NCBI RefSeq assembly: GCF_009914755.1
Contig: NC_060940.1
Source: the human T2T-CHM13v2.0 reference genome, Homo sapiens
Length of the DNA: 64,000 nucleotides
Reading direction: 5' to 3' (one strand)
Shown here: positions 1 through 15,200 of the stretch, in pieces
Position numbering within the stretch: the first letter of the stretch is position 1
Layout: each line of letters opens with the position of its first letter
The notes under the pieces: model-generated
Databases searched by the model: none
Told to the model about the DNA's origin: nothing
Seen by the model: only the letters and a program-made list of their open reading frames with translations
Program-made: the position numbers and the translations under genes

Positions 1-3000
1 AATCCATTCGATGATTCCACTCGATTCCATTCGTTGACTCCATTTGATCCCATTTGATGATTTCCTTTGATTCCCTTTGATGATCATTCCATTTGATTCA
101 ATTCGGTGATTTCATTTGATTCCATTCAGTGATGTTTCCATTCGACTCCATTCGATGATGATTCCATTCGACTCCATTCGATTATGATTTCATTCAATTC
201 CATTCGATAATGATTCCCTTCGAGTCCATTCGATGATTCCATTCGATTCCATTCAACGATGATTTGATTCGTGTCCATTCGATGATTCCATTTGATTCCA
301 CTTGACGATGATTCCATTCGAGTCCATTTGATGATTCCATTCAATTCCATACTCCGATGATTTCTTTTGAGCCCACTCAATGCTTCCACTCGATTCCATA
401 TGATGATGACTCCATTCGATGAAATTCGATGATGATTCCATTCGCTTGCTTTCGATGATGATTCCACTTGAGTCCGTTAGAAGATTCTATTCAATTACAT
501 TCCATGACGATTCCGTTCGAGTCCATTTGATGATTCCATTAGACTCCATTCGACGATGATTCCATTCGATGTTATTCCATGATTCCATTCGATCTCATTC
601 GATGATGATTCCATTCAACTCCATTCGATGTTTCCATTCGAGTTCATTCTATTATTCCATTAGATTCCATTCGATGATGATTCCATTCGATTCCATTTGA
701 TGATTGCATTCTATTTCATTTGATGATGATTCCATTCGAGTCCACTCGATGATTCCATTCGAGTCCATTTAATGAATCCATTGGTTTCAATTCTATGATG
801 ATTACGTTGGATTACATTCGTTGATGATTTCATTCGGTTCCATTCAATGATGATTCCATTCAATTCCTTTCAATGTTTCCATTCAATTCCATACGATGAT
901 GATTCCATTTGATTTGATTCGACAGTGAGCCATTCGATTCAATTCCATGATGATTCTATTTGATTCAATTGGTTGACATTTCCATTCGATTCCATTCGAT
1001 GATGATTCCCTTTGATTCCGTTCAAAGATGATTCCATTCTAGCCCATTCAATCATTCCATTCGATTCTATTCAATGATGATTCCATTCATGTCGATTTGG
1101 TGATTCCATTTGACTTCATTTGATGATGATTCCTTTCAAGTTCATTAGATGATTCCATTCGATTCCATTTGATGATGATCCCATTCGAGTCCATTCAGTG
1201 ATTCCATTCGTTTCCATTCCATGATGATTCCATTCCTTTCCATTCAATGATTCCATTCGATTCCGTTTGATGATGATTTCATTCGAGTCCATTTGATGAT
1301 TCCATTTGATTCCATTCGATGATGATTCCATTCGAGTCCATTCGATGATTCTATTCGAATCCATTTGATGATTTCTTTTGATTATTTTTGGTGATGATTC
1401 CATTGGAGTCCATTCAATGATTCCATTCTATTCCAATCGATGATGATTCCATTAGAGTCCATTTAATGATTCCATTTGATTCCAGTCTCTGATGATTACA
1501 TTCGAGTCCATACGATGATTCCACTCAATTCCATATGATGATGATTCCATTTGATTCCATTCGGTGATTCCATTCTATTCTATTCAATGGTGATTCCATT
1601 CGAGTACATTAGATGATTCCATTCGATTCCATTCAATGATGATTCTATTTGTGTCCCTTAGATGATTCCACATGATTCCATTACATGATGATACTATTTG
1701 AGCCCATCCAATGATTCCCTTCGATTCCATTCGATGAGGATTCCATTCGATTCAATTCATTGGTGATTCTATTCAATTCAATTCTTTGATTCCATTCCAT
1801 TCCATTCGACAATGATTCCATTCGATTTCTTTCGATGATTCCACTCGATTCCACTTGACATTGATTCCATTCGATTCCATTCAATGATTCCATTTGATTC
1901 CAGTGGATGATGATTGCCATCGATTCCATTCGATCACTCCATTCTATTCCATTTGATGATGATTACATTCGATTCCATTTGATGATTCCATCTGATTCTA
2001 TTCGAGGATTCCATTTGATTCCATTCGATGATGATTCCATTCGAGTCCATTTGATGATTTCATTCGAGTACATCCAATGATTCCATTCGAGTCCATTAGA
2101 TGATTCCATTTGATTCCATTTGAAAATGATTCTACTAGAGTCCATTCAATGACTCCATTCGAGTCCATTCAACAATTCCATTCGACTCCATTCGATGATT
2201 CCATTCGATTCCATTTGATGGTTCCATTCGAGTCCATTTAATCATTACAGTCGAGTCCATTTGGTGATTCCAATGGATTTCTTTTGATAATGATACCATT
2301 CCATTACATTTGATGATGATCCCATTCAATTTCATTTGATGATGATTCCATTAGAGTCCATTCGATGATTTCATTCGAGTCCCTTCATTGATTCCATCCG
2401 ATTTCATTGGATGATGACTCCATTCGAGTCCATTCGATGATTCCACTCGATTCCATTAGATGACTCCATTGGAGTCCATTTGATTGTTCCATTCGATTCC
2501 ATTCGATTCCTTTCGAAGATTATTCCATTTGAGTCCATTCGATGATGATTCCATTCCATTCCATTCGATGATTCCGTTTGATTCCATTCGATGATTCCCT
2601 TCGATTCCTTTCTTTGATGATTCCATTCCATTCCATTCAATGATTCCATTCGAATCTATTCCATGATGATTCCTTTCGATTCCATTCGCTGATGTTTCCG
2701 TTCAATTCCATTCGATGATGATTCCATTCGATTCCATTCATTGAGGATTCCATTTGATTCCATTCAATGATGATTCCATTCTATTCCATTCAATGATTGC
2801 ATTCAATTCCATTCAATGATTATCCCATTAGAGTAAACTCAACGATTCCATTCAATACCATTCAATGATGATTCCTTTTGAGTCCATTCAATGATTTCAT
2901 TCAAGTCCATTTGATGATTCCTTTCAATTCCATTCTATGATGATTCCATTCGAGTCCATTCGATGATTCCATTCGATTGCATTCGATGATTCCATTATAT

Positions 3001-6000
3001 TCCATTCAACGGTGATTCCATTCGAGTCCATTCCATGATTCCATTAGAGTACATTTAATGATTGCTTTGTTTTCAATTCGAAGATGATTACATTGGATTC
3101 CATTCTATGATACCATTCGATTCCATTCAATGATGATTCCACTCAAATCCATTGGATGATTCCATTCGTGTCCATTCGGTGATTTCATTAGATTCCATTC
3201 GAGGATGATTCCATTCGATTCCATTCGATGATTCCATTCAATTCCATTCGATGATGATTCCATTCCAGTCCATATGATCATTCCATTTGATTTCATTCGA
3301 TGATGATTCCATTCAATTCGATTCGACGATTCCATTCTATTCCATTCGATGATGATTCCATTCGAGTCCATTCGATGATTCCATTCGAGTCCATTTAATG
3401 ATTCCATTGGGTTCAATTCAATGATGATTACATTGGATTCCGTTCTATGATTCCATTCAATTCCGTTCATTGACAATTTGATTCCATTCGATGATGATTC
3501 CATTTGAGTTCATTCGATGAATCTATTCGATTCTCTTCGATGGTGATTCAATTCTATTATATTGGATGATTCCATTCGATTCCATTTGATGTTGATTCAA
3601 TTCGATTCTATTCGATGATGATTCCATTGGATTTCACTTGATGATTCTATTCGATTCCATTCAATGATGATTCACTTCTCGTCCATTGGATGATTCCATT
3701 TCATTCCATTCGATGATGATTCCATTCGATTCCATTCGATGATTCCATTTGATTCCATGCGACGGTGAGCAATTCGATTCAATTCCATGATGATTCTATT
3801 TGATTCAATTAGATGATGTTTCCATTCGAATCCATTCCATGATTATTCCATTGGAATCCATTCGGCGATGATTCCATATGAGTCAATTCAATGATGATTC
3901 CATATGGGTCCGTTCGATGATAATTCCATTTGATTTCATTCGATGCTTCTATTCTATTCCAGTCGATGATGATTCCGTTGGAGTCCATACGATGATTCCA
4001 TTTGATTTCATTTGATGATGATTCCATTCGATGATGATTACATTGGATTCCATTCTATGATTCCATTCAATTCCATTCGTTGATGATTCGATTCCATTCA
4101 ATGATGATTCCATTTGAGTTCATTCGATGATTCTATTCGATTCCGTTCGATGGTGATTCAATTCTCTTATATTGGATGATTCCACTCGATTCCATTTGAT
4201 GATTATTCCATTGGAGTCCACTTAGTGAATCCTTTAGATTCTACTCGAAGATGATTCCATTCGAGTCCATTCGATGGTACCATTCAATTCCATTCGTTGA
4301 TGCTTCCATTCAAGTGCATTCGATGATATCATTCGATTCCATTTGATGATAATTCCATTTGATTCCATGCGATGATTCTATTCGATTCCATTCAATGATA
4401 ATTCCATTCAATTCAGTGATTCCTCTGGACTCCATTTGATGATGATTCCATTCAATGATTCCATTCGATTCTATTCGAAAATGATTCCATTTGAATCCAT
4501 TTGATGATGATTCCATTAGATTCCATTTGATGATTCTATTCGATTCCATTCGACGATGATTCCATTCGATTCCATTTGATGATTCCATTCTATTCTATTC
4601 GATGATGATTCCATTCGATTCCATTCGATGATGATTGGATTCGATTCCATTTGATGATTTCATTTGATTCCATTCGATAATGATTTTGATCAATTCCATT
4701 CGATGATTCCATTCGATTCCATTCGATAATGATTACATCCGAGTCCATTCGATGATTCCATTTGAGCCCGTTCGATAATTCCATTTGAGTCCAATCAATG
4801 ATTGCATTCATTTCCATTCAATGATTCCATTCGAGTCCATTTGATCATTCCGGTAGGGTCCGTTCGATGTTGATTCCATTGGAGTGCATTCGATGATTCC
4901 ATTCGAGTCCAATTTATGATTTGGTTCGAGTCCTTTCGATGATTCCATTCGATTCCACTCGATGATGATTTCATTCGAGTCCATTCGACACTTCCAATCG
5001 ATTCCATTTGATGTTTCCTTTCGAGTCCAATTGATGATTCCATTCAATTCCATTCGATGATGATTCCGTACGATTCCACTCTGTGATGATTCCAAGTGAT
5101 TGCATTCAATGATGATTCCTTTCGATTGCATTCGATTATGATTCATTTCGTGTTCATTCTATGGTTCCACAGGTTTCCATTCGTGTCCATTCCATTATTC
5201 CATTCTATTCCATTTGATGATGATTCCATTCGATTCCATTCATTGGTGATTCCACTCAATTCCATTCAATGATTCCATTCCATTTCTTTCAACAATGATT
5301 CCATTAGTTTCTAATCGATGATCCACTTGATTCCATTTGACGACGATTCCATTCTTGTCCATTCGATGATTCCATTTGATTCCATATGATGATGATTCCA
5401 TTCGATTCCATACCATGATGATTCCATTCGAGTCCATTCAATGGTGATTCCATTCAATTCCATTCGATGATTCCTTTCGATTCCATTCAATGATGATGGC
5501 ATTCGATTCCTTTCAATCATTCCCTTTGATTCCATTCAAAGGTGATTTCATTCAAGTCCATTCGATAATTGCATTCGATTCCATTCTATGATGATTCCAT
5601 TCGAGTCCATTTGATGATTCCATTCAATTCAAGTCAATGATGATTCCATTCAATTCCATTCGATGATTCCATTGGATTCCATTCGATGATGATTCCATTC
5701 AAATCCATTCGATAATTCAATTCAAGTCCATTCGATGATGATTCCAATCGAATCCATTCAAAGATTCCATTCTGTTCCATTCGATGATTCCCTTAGATTC
5801 CATTCGATGATTCCACTTGATTGCATTTACGATGATTCCATTCGATTCCATGTGATGATTCCATTCAATTCTATTCAATGATGTCTCCATTTGATTCCAT
5901 TCGACCATGATTGCCTTTGATTCCATTCAATGATTCCATTCGGTTCCGTTTGATGATGATTCCGTTCGATTCCATTTGATGATTCCATTTGATTCCATTG

Positions 6001-6112
6001 GATGAGTCCATTCGATTACACTCGATGATTATTCCATTCGAGTGCATTAGATGATTCCATTCGAGTCCATTCGATGATTCCATTCGATTCCATTCGATGT
6101 TGATTCTGTTCA
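1..6112 (+). repeat. Higher-order unit 1 (6112 bp, canonical length; phase arbitrary)
   Basis: Start motif AATCCATTCGATGATTCCACTCGATTCCATTCGTTGACTCC recurs at 6113. ORF anchors 126 and 6238 differ by 6112. Confidence 0.95.
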
Positions 6113-9100
6113 AATCCATTCGATGATTCCACTCGATTCCATTCGTTGACTCCATTTGATCCCATTCGATGATTTCCTTTGATTCCCTTTGATGATCATT
6201 CCATTTGATTCAATTCGGTGATTTCATTTGATTCCATTCAGTGATGTTTCCATTCGACTCCATTCGATGATGATTCCATTCGACTCCATTCGATTATGAT
6301 TTCATTCAATTCCATTCGATAATGATTCCCTTCGAGTCCATTCGATGATTCCATTCGATTCCATTCAACGATGATTTGATTCGTGTCCATTCGATGATTC
6401 CATTTGATTCCACTTGACGATGATTCCATTCGAGTCCATTTGATGATTCCATTCAATTCCATACTCCGATGATTTCTTTTGAGCCCACTCAATGCTTCCA
6501 CTCGATTCCATATGATGATGACTCCATTCGATGAAATTCGATGATGATTCCATTCGCTTGCTTGCGATGATGATTCCACTTGAGTCCGTTAGAAGATTCT
6601 ATTCAATTACATTCCATGACGATTCCGTTCGAGTCCATTTGATGATTCCATTAGACTCCATTCGACGATGATTCCATTCGATGTTATTCCATGATTCCAT
6701 TCGATCTCATTCGATGATGATTCCATTCAACTCCATTCGATGTTTCCATTCGAGTTCATTCTATTATTCCATTAGATTCCATTCGATGATGATTCCATTC
6801 GATTCCATTTGATGATTGCATTCTATTTCATTTGATGATGATTCCATTCGAGTCCACTCGATGATTCCATTCGAGTCCATTTAATGAATCCATTGGTTTC
6901 AATTCTATGATGATTACATTGGATTCCATTCGTTGATGAATTCATTCGGCTCCATTCAATGATGATTCCATTCAATTCCTTTCAATGTTTCCATTCAATT
7001 CCATACGATGATGATTCCATTTGATTTGATTCGACAGTGAGCCATTCGATTCAATTCCATGATGATTCTATTTGATTCAATTGGTTGACATTTCCATTCG
7101 ATTCCATTCGATGATGATTCCCTTTGATTCCGTTCAAAGATGATTCCATTCTAGCCCATTCAATCATTCCATTCGATTCTATTCAATGATGATTCCATTC
7201 ATGTCGATTTGGTGATTCCATTTGACTTCATTTGATGATGATTCCTTTCAAGTTCATTAGATGATTCCATTCGATTCCATTTGATGATGATCCCATTCGA
7301 GTCCATTCAGTGATTCCATTCGTTTCCATTCCATGATGATTCCATTCCTTTCCATTCAATGATTCCATTCGATTCCGTTTGATGATGATTTCATTCGAGT
7401 CCATTTGATGATTCCATTTGATTCCATTCGATGATGATTCCATTCGAGTCCATTCGATGATTCTATTCGAATCCATTTGATGATTTCTTTTGATTATATT
7501 TGGTGATGATTCCATTGGAGTCCATTCAATGATTCCATTCGATTCCAATTGATGATGATTCCATTAGAGTCCATTTAATGATTCCATTTGATTCCAGTCT
7601 CTGATGATTACATTCGAGTCCATACGATGATTCCACTCAATTCCATATGATGATGATTCCATTCGATTCCATTCGATGATTCCATTCTATTCTATTCAAT
7701 GGTGATTCCATTCGAGTACATTAGATGATTCCATTCGATTCCATTCAATGATGATTCTATTTGTGTCCCTTAGATGATTCCACATGATTCCATTAGATGA
7801 TGATACTATTTGAGCCCATCCAATGATTCCCTTCGATTCCATTCGATGAGGATTCCATTCGATTCAATTCATTGGTGATTCTATTCAATTCAATTCTTTG
7901 ATTCCATTCCATTCCATTCGACAATGATTCCATTCGATTTCTTTCGATGATTCCACTCGATTCCACTTGACATTGATTCCATTCGATTCCATTCAATGAT
8001 TCCATTTGATTCCAGTGGATGATGATTGCCATCGATTCCATTCGATCACTCCATTCTATTCCATTTGATGATGATTACATTCGATTCCATTTGATGATTC
8101 CATCTGATTCTATTCGAGGATTCCATTTGATTCCATTCGATGATGATTCCATTCGAGTCCATTCGATGATTTCATTCGAGTACATCCAATGATTCCATTC
8201 GTGTCCATTTGATGATTCCATTTGTTTCCATTTGATTATGATTCTACTAGAGTCCATTCAATGACTCCATTCGAGTGCATTCAACAATTCCATTCGACTC
8301 CATTCGATGATTGCATTCGATTCCATTTGATGATTCCATTCGAGTCCATTTAATCATTACAGTCGAGTCCATTTGGTGATTCCACTGGATTTCTTTTGAT
8401 AATGATACCATTCCATTACATTTGATGATGATCCCATTCAATTTCATTTGATGATGATTCCCTTAGAGTCCATTCGATGATTTCATTCGAGTCCTTTCAT
8501 TGATTCCATCCGATTTCATTTGATGATGACTCCATTCGAGTCCATTCGATGATTCCACTCGATTCCATTAGATGATTCCATTGGAGTCCATTTCATTGTT
8601 CCATTCGATTCCATTCGATTCCTTTCGAAGATTATTCCATTTGAGTCCATTCGATGATGATTACATTCCATTCCATTCGATGATTCCATTTGATTCCATT
8701 TGATGATTCCCTTCGATTCCTTTCTTTGATGACTGCATTCCATTCCATTCAATGTTTCCATTCGAATCTATTCCATGATGATTCCTTTCGATTCCATTCG
8801 CTGATGTTTCCGTTCAATTCCATTCGATGATGATTCCATTCGATTCCATTCATTGAGGATTCCATTTGATTCCATTCAATGATGATTCCGTTCTATTCCA
8901 TTCAATGATTGCATTCAATTCCATTCAATGATTATCCCATTAGAGTAAACTCAACGATTCCATTCAATACCATTCGATGATGATTCCTTTTGAGTTCATT
9001 CAATGATTTCATTCAAGTCCATTTGATGATTCCTTTCAATTCCATTCTATGATGATTCCATTCGAGTCCATTCGATGATTCCATTCGATTGCATTCCATG

Positions 9101-12100
9101 ATTCCATTATATTCCATTCAACGGTGATTCCATTCGAGTCCATTCGATGATTCCATTAGAGTACATTTAATGATTGCTTTGTTTTCAATTCGAAGATGAT
9201 TACATTCGATTCCATTCTATGATACCATTCGATTCCATTCAATGATGATTCCACTCAAATCCATTGGATGATTCCATTCGTGTCCATTCGGTGATTTCAT
9301 TAGATTCCATTCGAGGATGATTCCTTTCGATTCCATTCGATGATTCCATTCAATTCCATTCGATGATGATTCCATTCGAGTCCATATGATCATTCCATTT
9401 GATTTCATTCGATGATGATTCCATTCGATTCCATTCGATGATTCCATTCTATTCCTTTCGATGATGATTCCATTCGAGTCCATTCGATGATTCCATTCGA
9501 GTCCATTTAATGATTCCATTGGGTTCAATTCGATGATGATTACATTGGATTCCGTTCTATGATTCCATTCAATTCCGTTCATTGACAATTTGATTCCATT
9601 CGATGATGATTCCATTTGAGTTCATTCGATGATTCTATTCGATTCTCTTCGATGGTGATTCAATTATATTATATTGGATGATGCCATTCGATTCCATTTG
9701 ATGTTGATTCAATTCGATTCTATTCGATGATGATTCCATTGGATTTCACTTGATGATTCTATTCGATTCCATTCAATGATGATTCACTTCTCGTCCATTG
9801 GATGGTTCCATTTCATTCCATTCGATGATGATTCCATTCGATTCCATTCGATGATTCCATTTGATTCCATTCGACGGTGACCAATTCGATTCAATTCCAT
9901 GATGATTCTATTTGATTCAATTAGATGATGTTTCCATTCGAATCCATTCCATGATTATTCCATTGGAATCCATTCGGCGATGATTCCATATGAGTCAATT
10001 CAATGATGATTCCATATGGGTCCGTTCGATGATAATTCCATTTGATTTCATTCGATGCTTCTATTCAATTCCAGTTGATGATGATTCCGTTGGAGTCCAT
10101 ACGATGATTCCATTTGATTTCATTTGATGATGATTCCATTCGATTCCATTCGATGATGATTACATTGGATTCCATTCTATGATTCCATTCAATTCCATTC
10201 GTTGATGATTCGATTCCATTCAATGATGATTCCATTTGAGTTCATTCGATGATTCTATTCGATTCCGTTCGATGGTGATTCAATTCTCTTATATTGGATG
10301 ATTCCACTCGATTCCATTTGATGATTATTCCATTGGAGTCCACTTAGTGAATCCTTTAGATTCTACTCGAAGATGATTCCATTCGAGTCCATTCGATGGT
10401 ACCATTCAATTCCATTCGTTGATGCTTCCATTCAAGTGCATTCAATGATATCATTCGATTCCATTTGATGATAATTCCATTTGATTCCATGCGATGATTC
10501 TATTCGATTCCATTCAATGATAATTCCATTCAATTCAGTGATTCCTCTGGACTCCATTTGATGATGATTCCATTCAATGATTCCATTCGATTCTATTCGA
10601 AAATGATTCCATTTGAATCCATTTGATGATGATTCCATTAGATTCCATTTGATGATTCTATTCGATTCCATTCGACGATGATTCCATTCGATTCCATTTG
10701 ATGATTCCATTCTATTCTATTCGATGATGATTCCATTCGATTCCATTCGATGATGATTGGATTCGATTCCATTTGATGATTTCATTTGATTCCATTCGAT
10801 AATGATTTTGATCAATTCCATTCGATGATTCCATTCGATTCCATTCGATAATGATTACATCCGAGTCCATTCGATGATTCCATTTGAGCCCGTTCGATAA
10901 TTCCATTTGAGTCCAATCAATGATTGCATTCATTTCCATTCAATGATTCCATTCGAGTCCATTTGATCATTCCGGTAGGGTCCGTTCGATGTTGATTCCA
11001 TTGGAGTGCATTCGATGATTCCATTCGAGTCCAATTTATGATTTGGTTCGAGTCCTTTCGATGATTCCATTCGATTCCACTCGATGATGATTTCATTCGA
11101 GTCCATTCGACACTTCCAATCGATTCCATTTGATGTTTCCTTTCGAGTCCAATTGATGATTCCATTCAATTCCATTCGATGATGATTCCGTACGATTCCA
11201 CTCTGTGATGATTCCAAGTGATTGCATTCAATGATGATTCCTTTCGATTGCATTCGATTATGATTCATTTCGTGTTCATTCTATGGTTCCACAGGTTTCC
11301 ATTCGTGTCCATTCCATTATTCCATTCTATTCCATTTGATGATGATTCCATTCGATTCCATTCATTGGTGATTCCACTCAATTCCATTCAATGATTCCAT
11401 TCCATTTCTTTCAACAATGATTCCATTAGTTTCTAATCGATGATCCACTTGGTTCCATTTGACGACGATTCCATTCTTGTCCATTCGATGATTCCATTTG
11501 ATTCCATATGATGATGATTCCATTCGATTCCATACCATGATGATTCCATTCGAGTCCATTCAATGGTGATTCCATTCAATTCCATTCGATGATTCCTTTC
11601 GATTCCATTCAATGATGATGGCATTCGATTCCTTTCAATCATTCCCTTTGATTCCATTCAAAGGTGATTTCATTCAAGTCCATTCGATAATTGCATTCGA
11701 TTCCATTCTATGATGATTCCATTCGAGTCCATTTGATGATTCCATTCAATTCAAGTCAATGATGATTCCATTCAATTCCATTCGATGATTCCATTGGATT
11801 CCATTCGATGATGATTCCATTCAAATCCATTCGATAATTCAATTCAAGTCCATTCGATGATGATTCCAATCGAATCCATTCAAAGATTCCATTCTGTTCC
11901 ATTCGATGATTCCCTTAGATTCCATTCGATGATTCCACTTGATTGCATTTACGATGATTCCATTCGATTCCATGTGATGATTCCATTCAATTCTATTCAA
12001 TGATGTCTCCATTTGATTCCATTCGACCATGATTGCCTTTGATTCCATTCAATGATTCCATTCGGTTCCGTTTGATGATGATTCCGTTCGATTCCATTTG

Positions 12101-12234
12101 ATGATTCCATTTGATTCCATTGGATGAGTCCATTCGATTACATTCGATGATTATTCCATTCGAGTGCATTAGATGATTCCATTCGAGTCCATTCGATGAT
12201 TCCATTCGATTCCATTCGATGTTGATTCTGTTCA
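6113..12234 (+). repeat. Higher-order unit 2 (6122 bp; one extra ATTCCATTCG decamer near 10133-10152; divergent central patch)
   Basis: Offset to unit 1 is 6112 up to ORF 9217 (vs 3105) and 6122 from ORF 10432 (vs 4310). Confidence 0.93.
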
Positions 12235-15200
12235 AATCCATTCGATGATTCCACTCGATTCCATTCGTTGACTCCATTTGATCCCATTTGATGATTTCCT
12301 TTGATTCCCTTTGATGATCATTCCATTTGATTCAATTCGGTGATTTCATTTGATTCCATTCAGTGATGTTTCCATTCGACTCCATTCGATGATGATTCCA
12401 TTCGACTCCATTCGATTATGATTTCATTCAATTCCATTCGATAATGATTCCCTTCGAGTCCATTCGATGATTCCATTCGATTCCATTCAACGATGATTTG
12501 ATTCGTGTCCATTCGATGATTCCATTTGATTCCACTTGACGATGATTCCATTCGAGTCCATTTGATGATTCCATTCAATTCCATACTCCGATGATTTCTT
12601 TTGAGCCCACTCAATGCTTCCACTCGATTCCATATGATGATGACTCCATTCGATGAAATTCGATGATGATTCCATTCGCTTGCTTTCGATGATGATTCCA
12701 CTTGAGTCCGTTAGAAGATTCTATTCAATTACATTCCATGACGATTCCGTTCGAGTCCATTTGATGATTCCATTAGACTCCATTCGACGATGATTCCATT
12801 CGATGTTATTCCATGATTCCATTCGATCTCATTCGATGATGATTCCATTCAACTCCATTCGATGTTTCCATTCGAGTTCATTCTATTATTCCATTAGATT
12901 CCATTCGATGATGATTCCATTCGATTCCATTTGATGATTGCATTCTATTTCATTTGATGATGATTCCATTCGAGTCCACTCGATGATTCCATTCGAGTCC
13001 ATTTAATGAATCCATTGGTTTCAATTCTATGATGATTACATTGGATTCCATTCGTTGATGATTTCATTCGGTTCCATTCAATGATGATTCCATTCAATTC
13101 CTTTCAATGTTTCCATTCAATTCCATACGATGATGATTCCATTTGATTTGATTCGACAGTGAGCCATTCGATTCAATTCCATGATGATTCTATTTGATTC
13201 AATTGGTTGACATTTCCATTCGATTCCATTCGATGATGATTCCCTTTGATTCCGTTCCAAGATGATTCCATTCTAGCCCATTCAATCATTCCATTCGATT
13301 CTATTCAATGATGATTCCATTCATGTCGATTTGGTGATTCCATTTGACTTCATTTGATGATGATTCCTTTCAAGTTCATTAGATGATTCCATTCGATTCC
13401 ATTTGATGATGATCCCATTCGAGTCCATTCAGTGATTCCATTCGTTTCCATTCCATGATGATTCCATTCCTTTCCATTCAATGATTCCATTCGATTCCGT
13501 TTGATGATGATTTCATTCGAGTCCATTTGATGATTCCATTTGATTCCATTCGATGATGATTCCATTCGAGTCCATTCGATGATTCTATTCGAATCCATTT
13601 GATGATTTCTTTTGATTATTTTTGGTGATGATTCCATTGGAGTCCATTCAATGATTCCATTCTATTCCAATCGATGATGATTCCATTAGAGTCCATTTAA
13701 TGATTCCATTGGATTCCAGTCTCTGATGATTACATTCGAGTCCATACGATGATTCCACTCAATTCCATATGATGATGATTCCATTTGATTCCATTCGGTG
13801 ATTCCATTCTATTCTATTCAATGGTGATTCCATTCGAGTACATTAGATGATTCCATTCGATTCCATTCAATGATGATTCTATTTGTGTCCCTTAGATGAT
13901 TCCACATGATTCCATTACATGATGATACTATTTGAGCCCATCCAATGATTCCCTTCGATTCCATTCGATGAGGATTCCATTCGATTCAATTCATTGGTGA
14001 TTCTATTCAATTCAATTCTTTGATTCCATTCCATTCCATTCGACAATGATTCCATTCGATTTCTTTCGATGATTCCACTCGATTCCACTTGACATTGATT
14101 CCATTCGATTCCATTCAATGATTCCATTTGATTCCAGTGGATGATGATTGCCATCGATTCCATTCGATCACTCCATTCTATTCCATTTGATGATGATTAC
14201 ATTCGATTCCATTTGATGATTCCATCTGATTCTATTCGAGGATTCCATTTGATTCCATTCGATGATGATTCCATTCGAGTCCATTTGATGATTTCATTCG
14301 AGTACATCCAATGATTCCATTCGAGTCCATTAGATGATTCCATTTGATTCCATTTGAAAATGATTCTACTAGAGTCCATTCAATGACTCCATTCGAGTCC
14401 ATTCAACAATTCCATTCGACTCCATTCGATGATTCCATTCGATTCCATTTGATGGTTCCATTCGAGTCCATTTAATCATTACGGTCGAGTCCATTTGGTG
14501 ATTCCAATGGATTTCTTTTGATAATGATACCATTCCATTACATTTGATGATGATCCCATTCAATTTCATTTGATGATGATTCCATTAGAGTCCATTCGAT
14601 GATTTCATTCGAGTCCCTTCATTGATTCCATCCGATTTCATTGGATGATGACTCCATTCGAGTCCATTCGATGATTCCACTCGATTCCATTAGATGACTC
14701 CATTGGAGTCCATTTGATTGTTCCATTCGATTCCATTCGATTCCTTTCGAAGATTATTCCATTTGAGTCCATTCGATGATGATTCCATTCCATTCCATTC
14801 GATGATTCCGTTTGATTCCATTCGATGATTCCCTTCGATTCCTTTCTTTGATGATTCCATTCCATTCCATTCAATGATTCCATTCGAATCTATTCCATGA
14901 TGATTCCTTTCGATTCCATTCGCTGATGTTTCCGTTCAATTCCATTCGATGATGATTCCATTCGATTCCATTCATTGAGGATTCCATTTGATTCCATTCA
15001 ATGATGATTCCATTCTATTCCATTCAATGATTGCATTCAATTCCATTCAATGATTATCCCATTAGAGTAAACTCAACGATTCCATTCAATACCATTCAAT
15101 GATGATTCCTTTTGAGTCCATTCAATGATTTCATTCAAGTCCATTTGATGATTCCTTTCAATTCCATTCTATGATGATTCCATTCGAGTCCATTCGATGA

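Noticed and set aside
4218-4230. CACTTAGTG near-palindrome as a hairpin or regulatory element
   Set aside because: The stem is only 4 bp and is explainable as a mutated monomer. It is kept only as a positional landmark.
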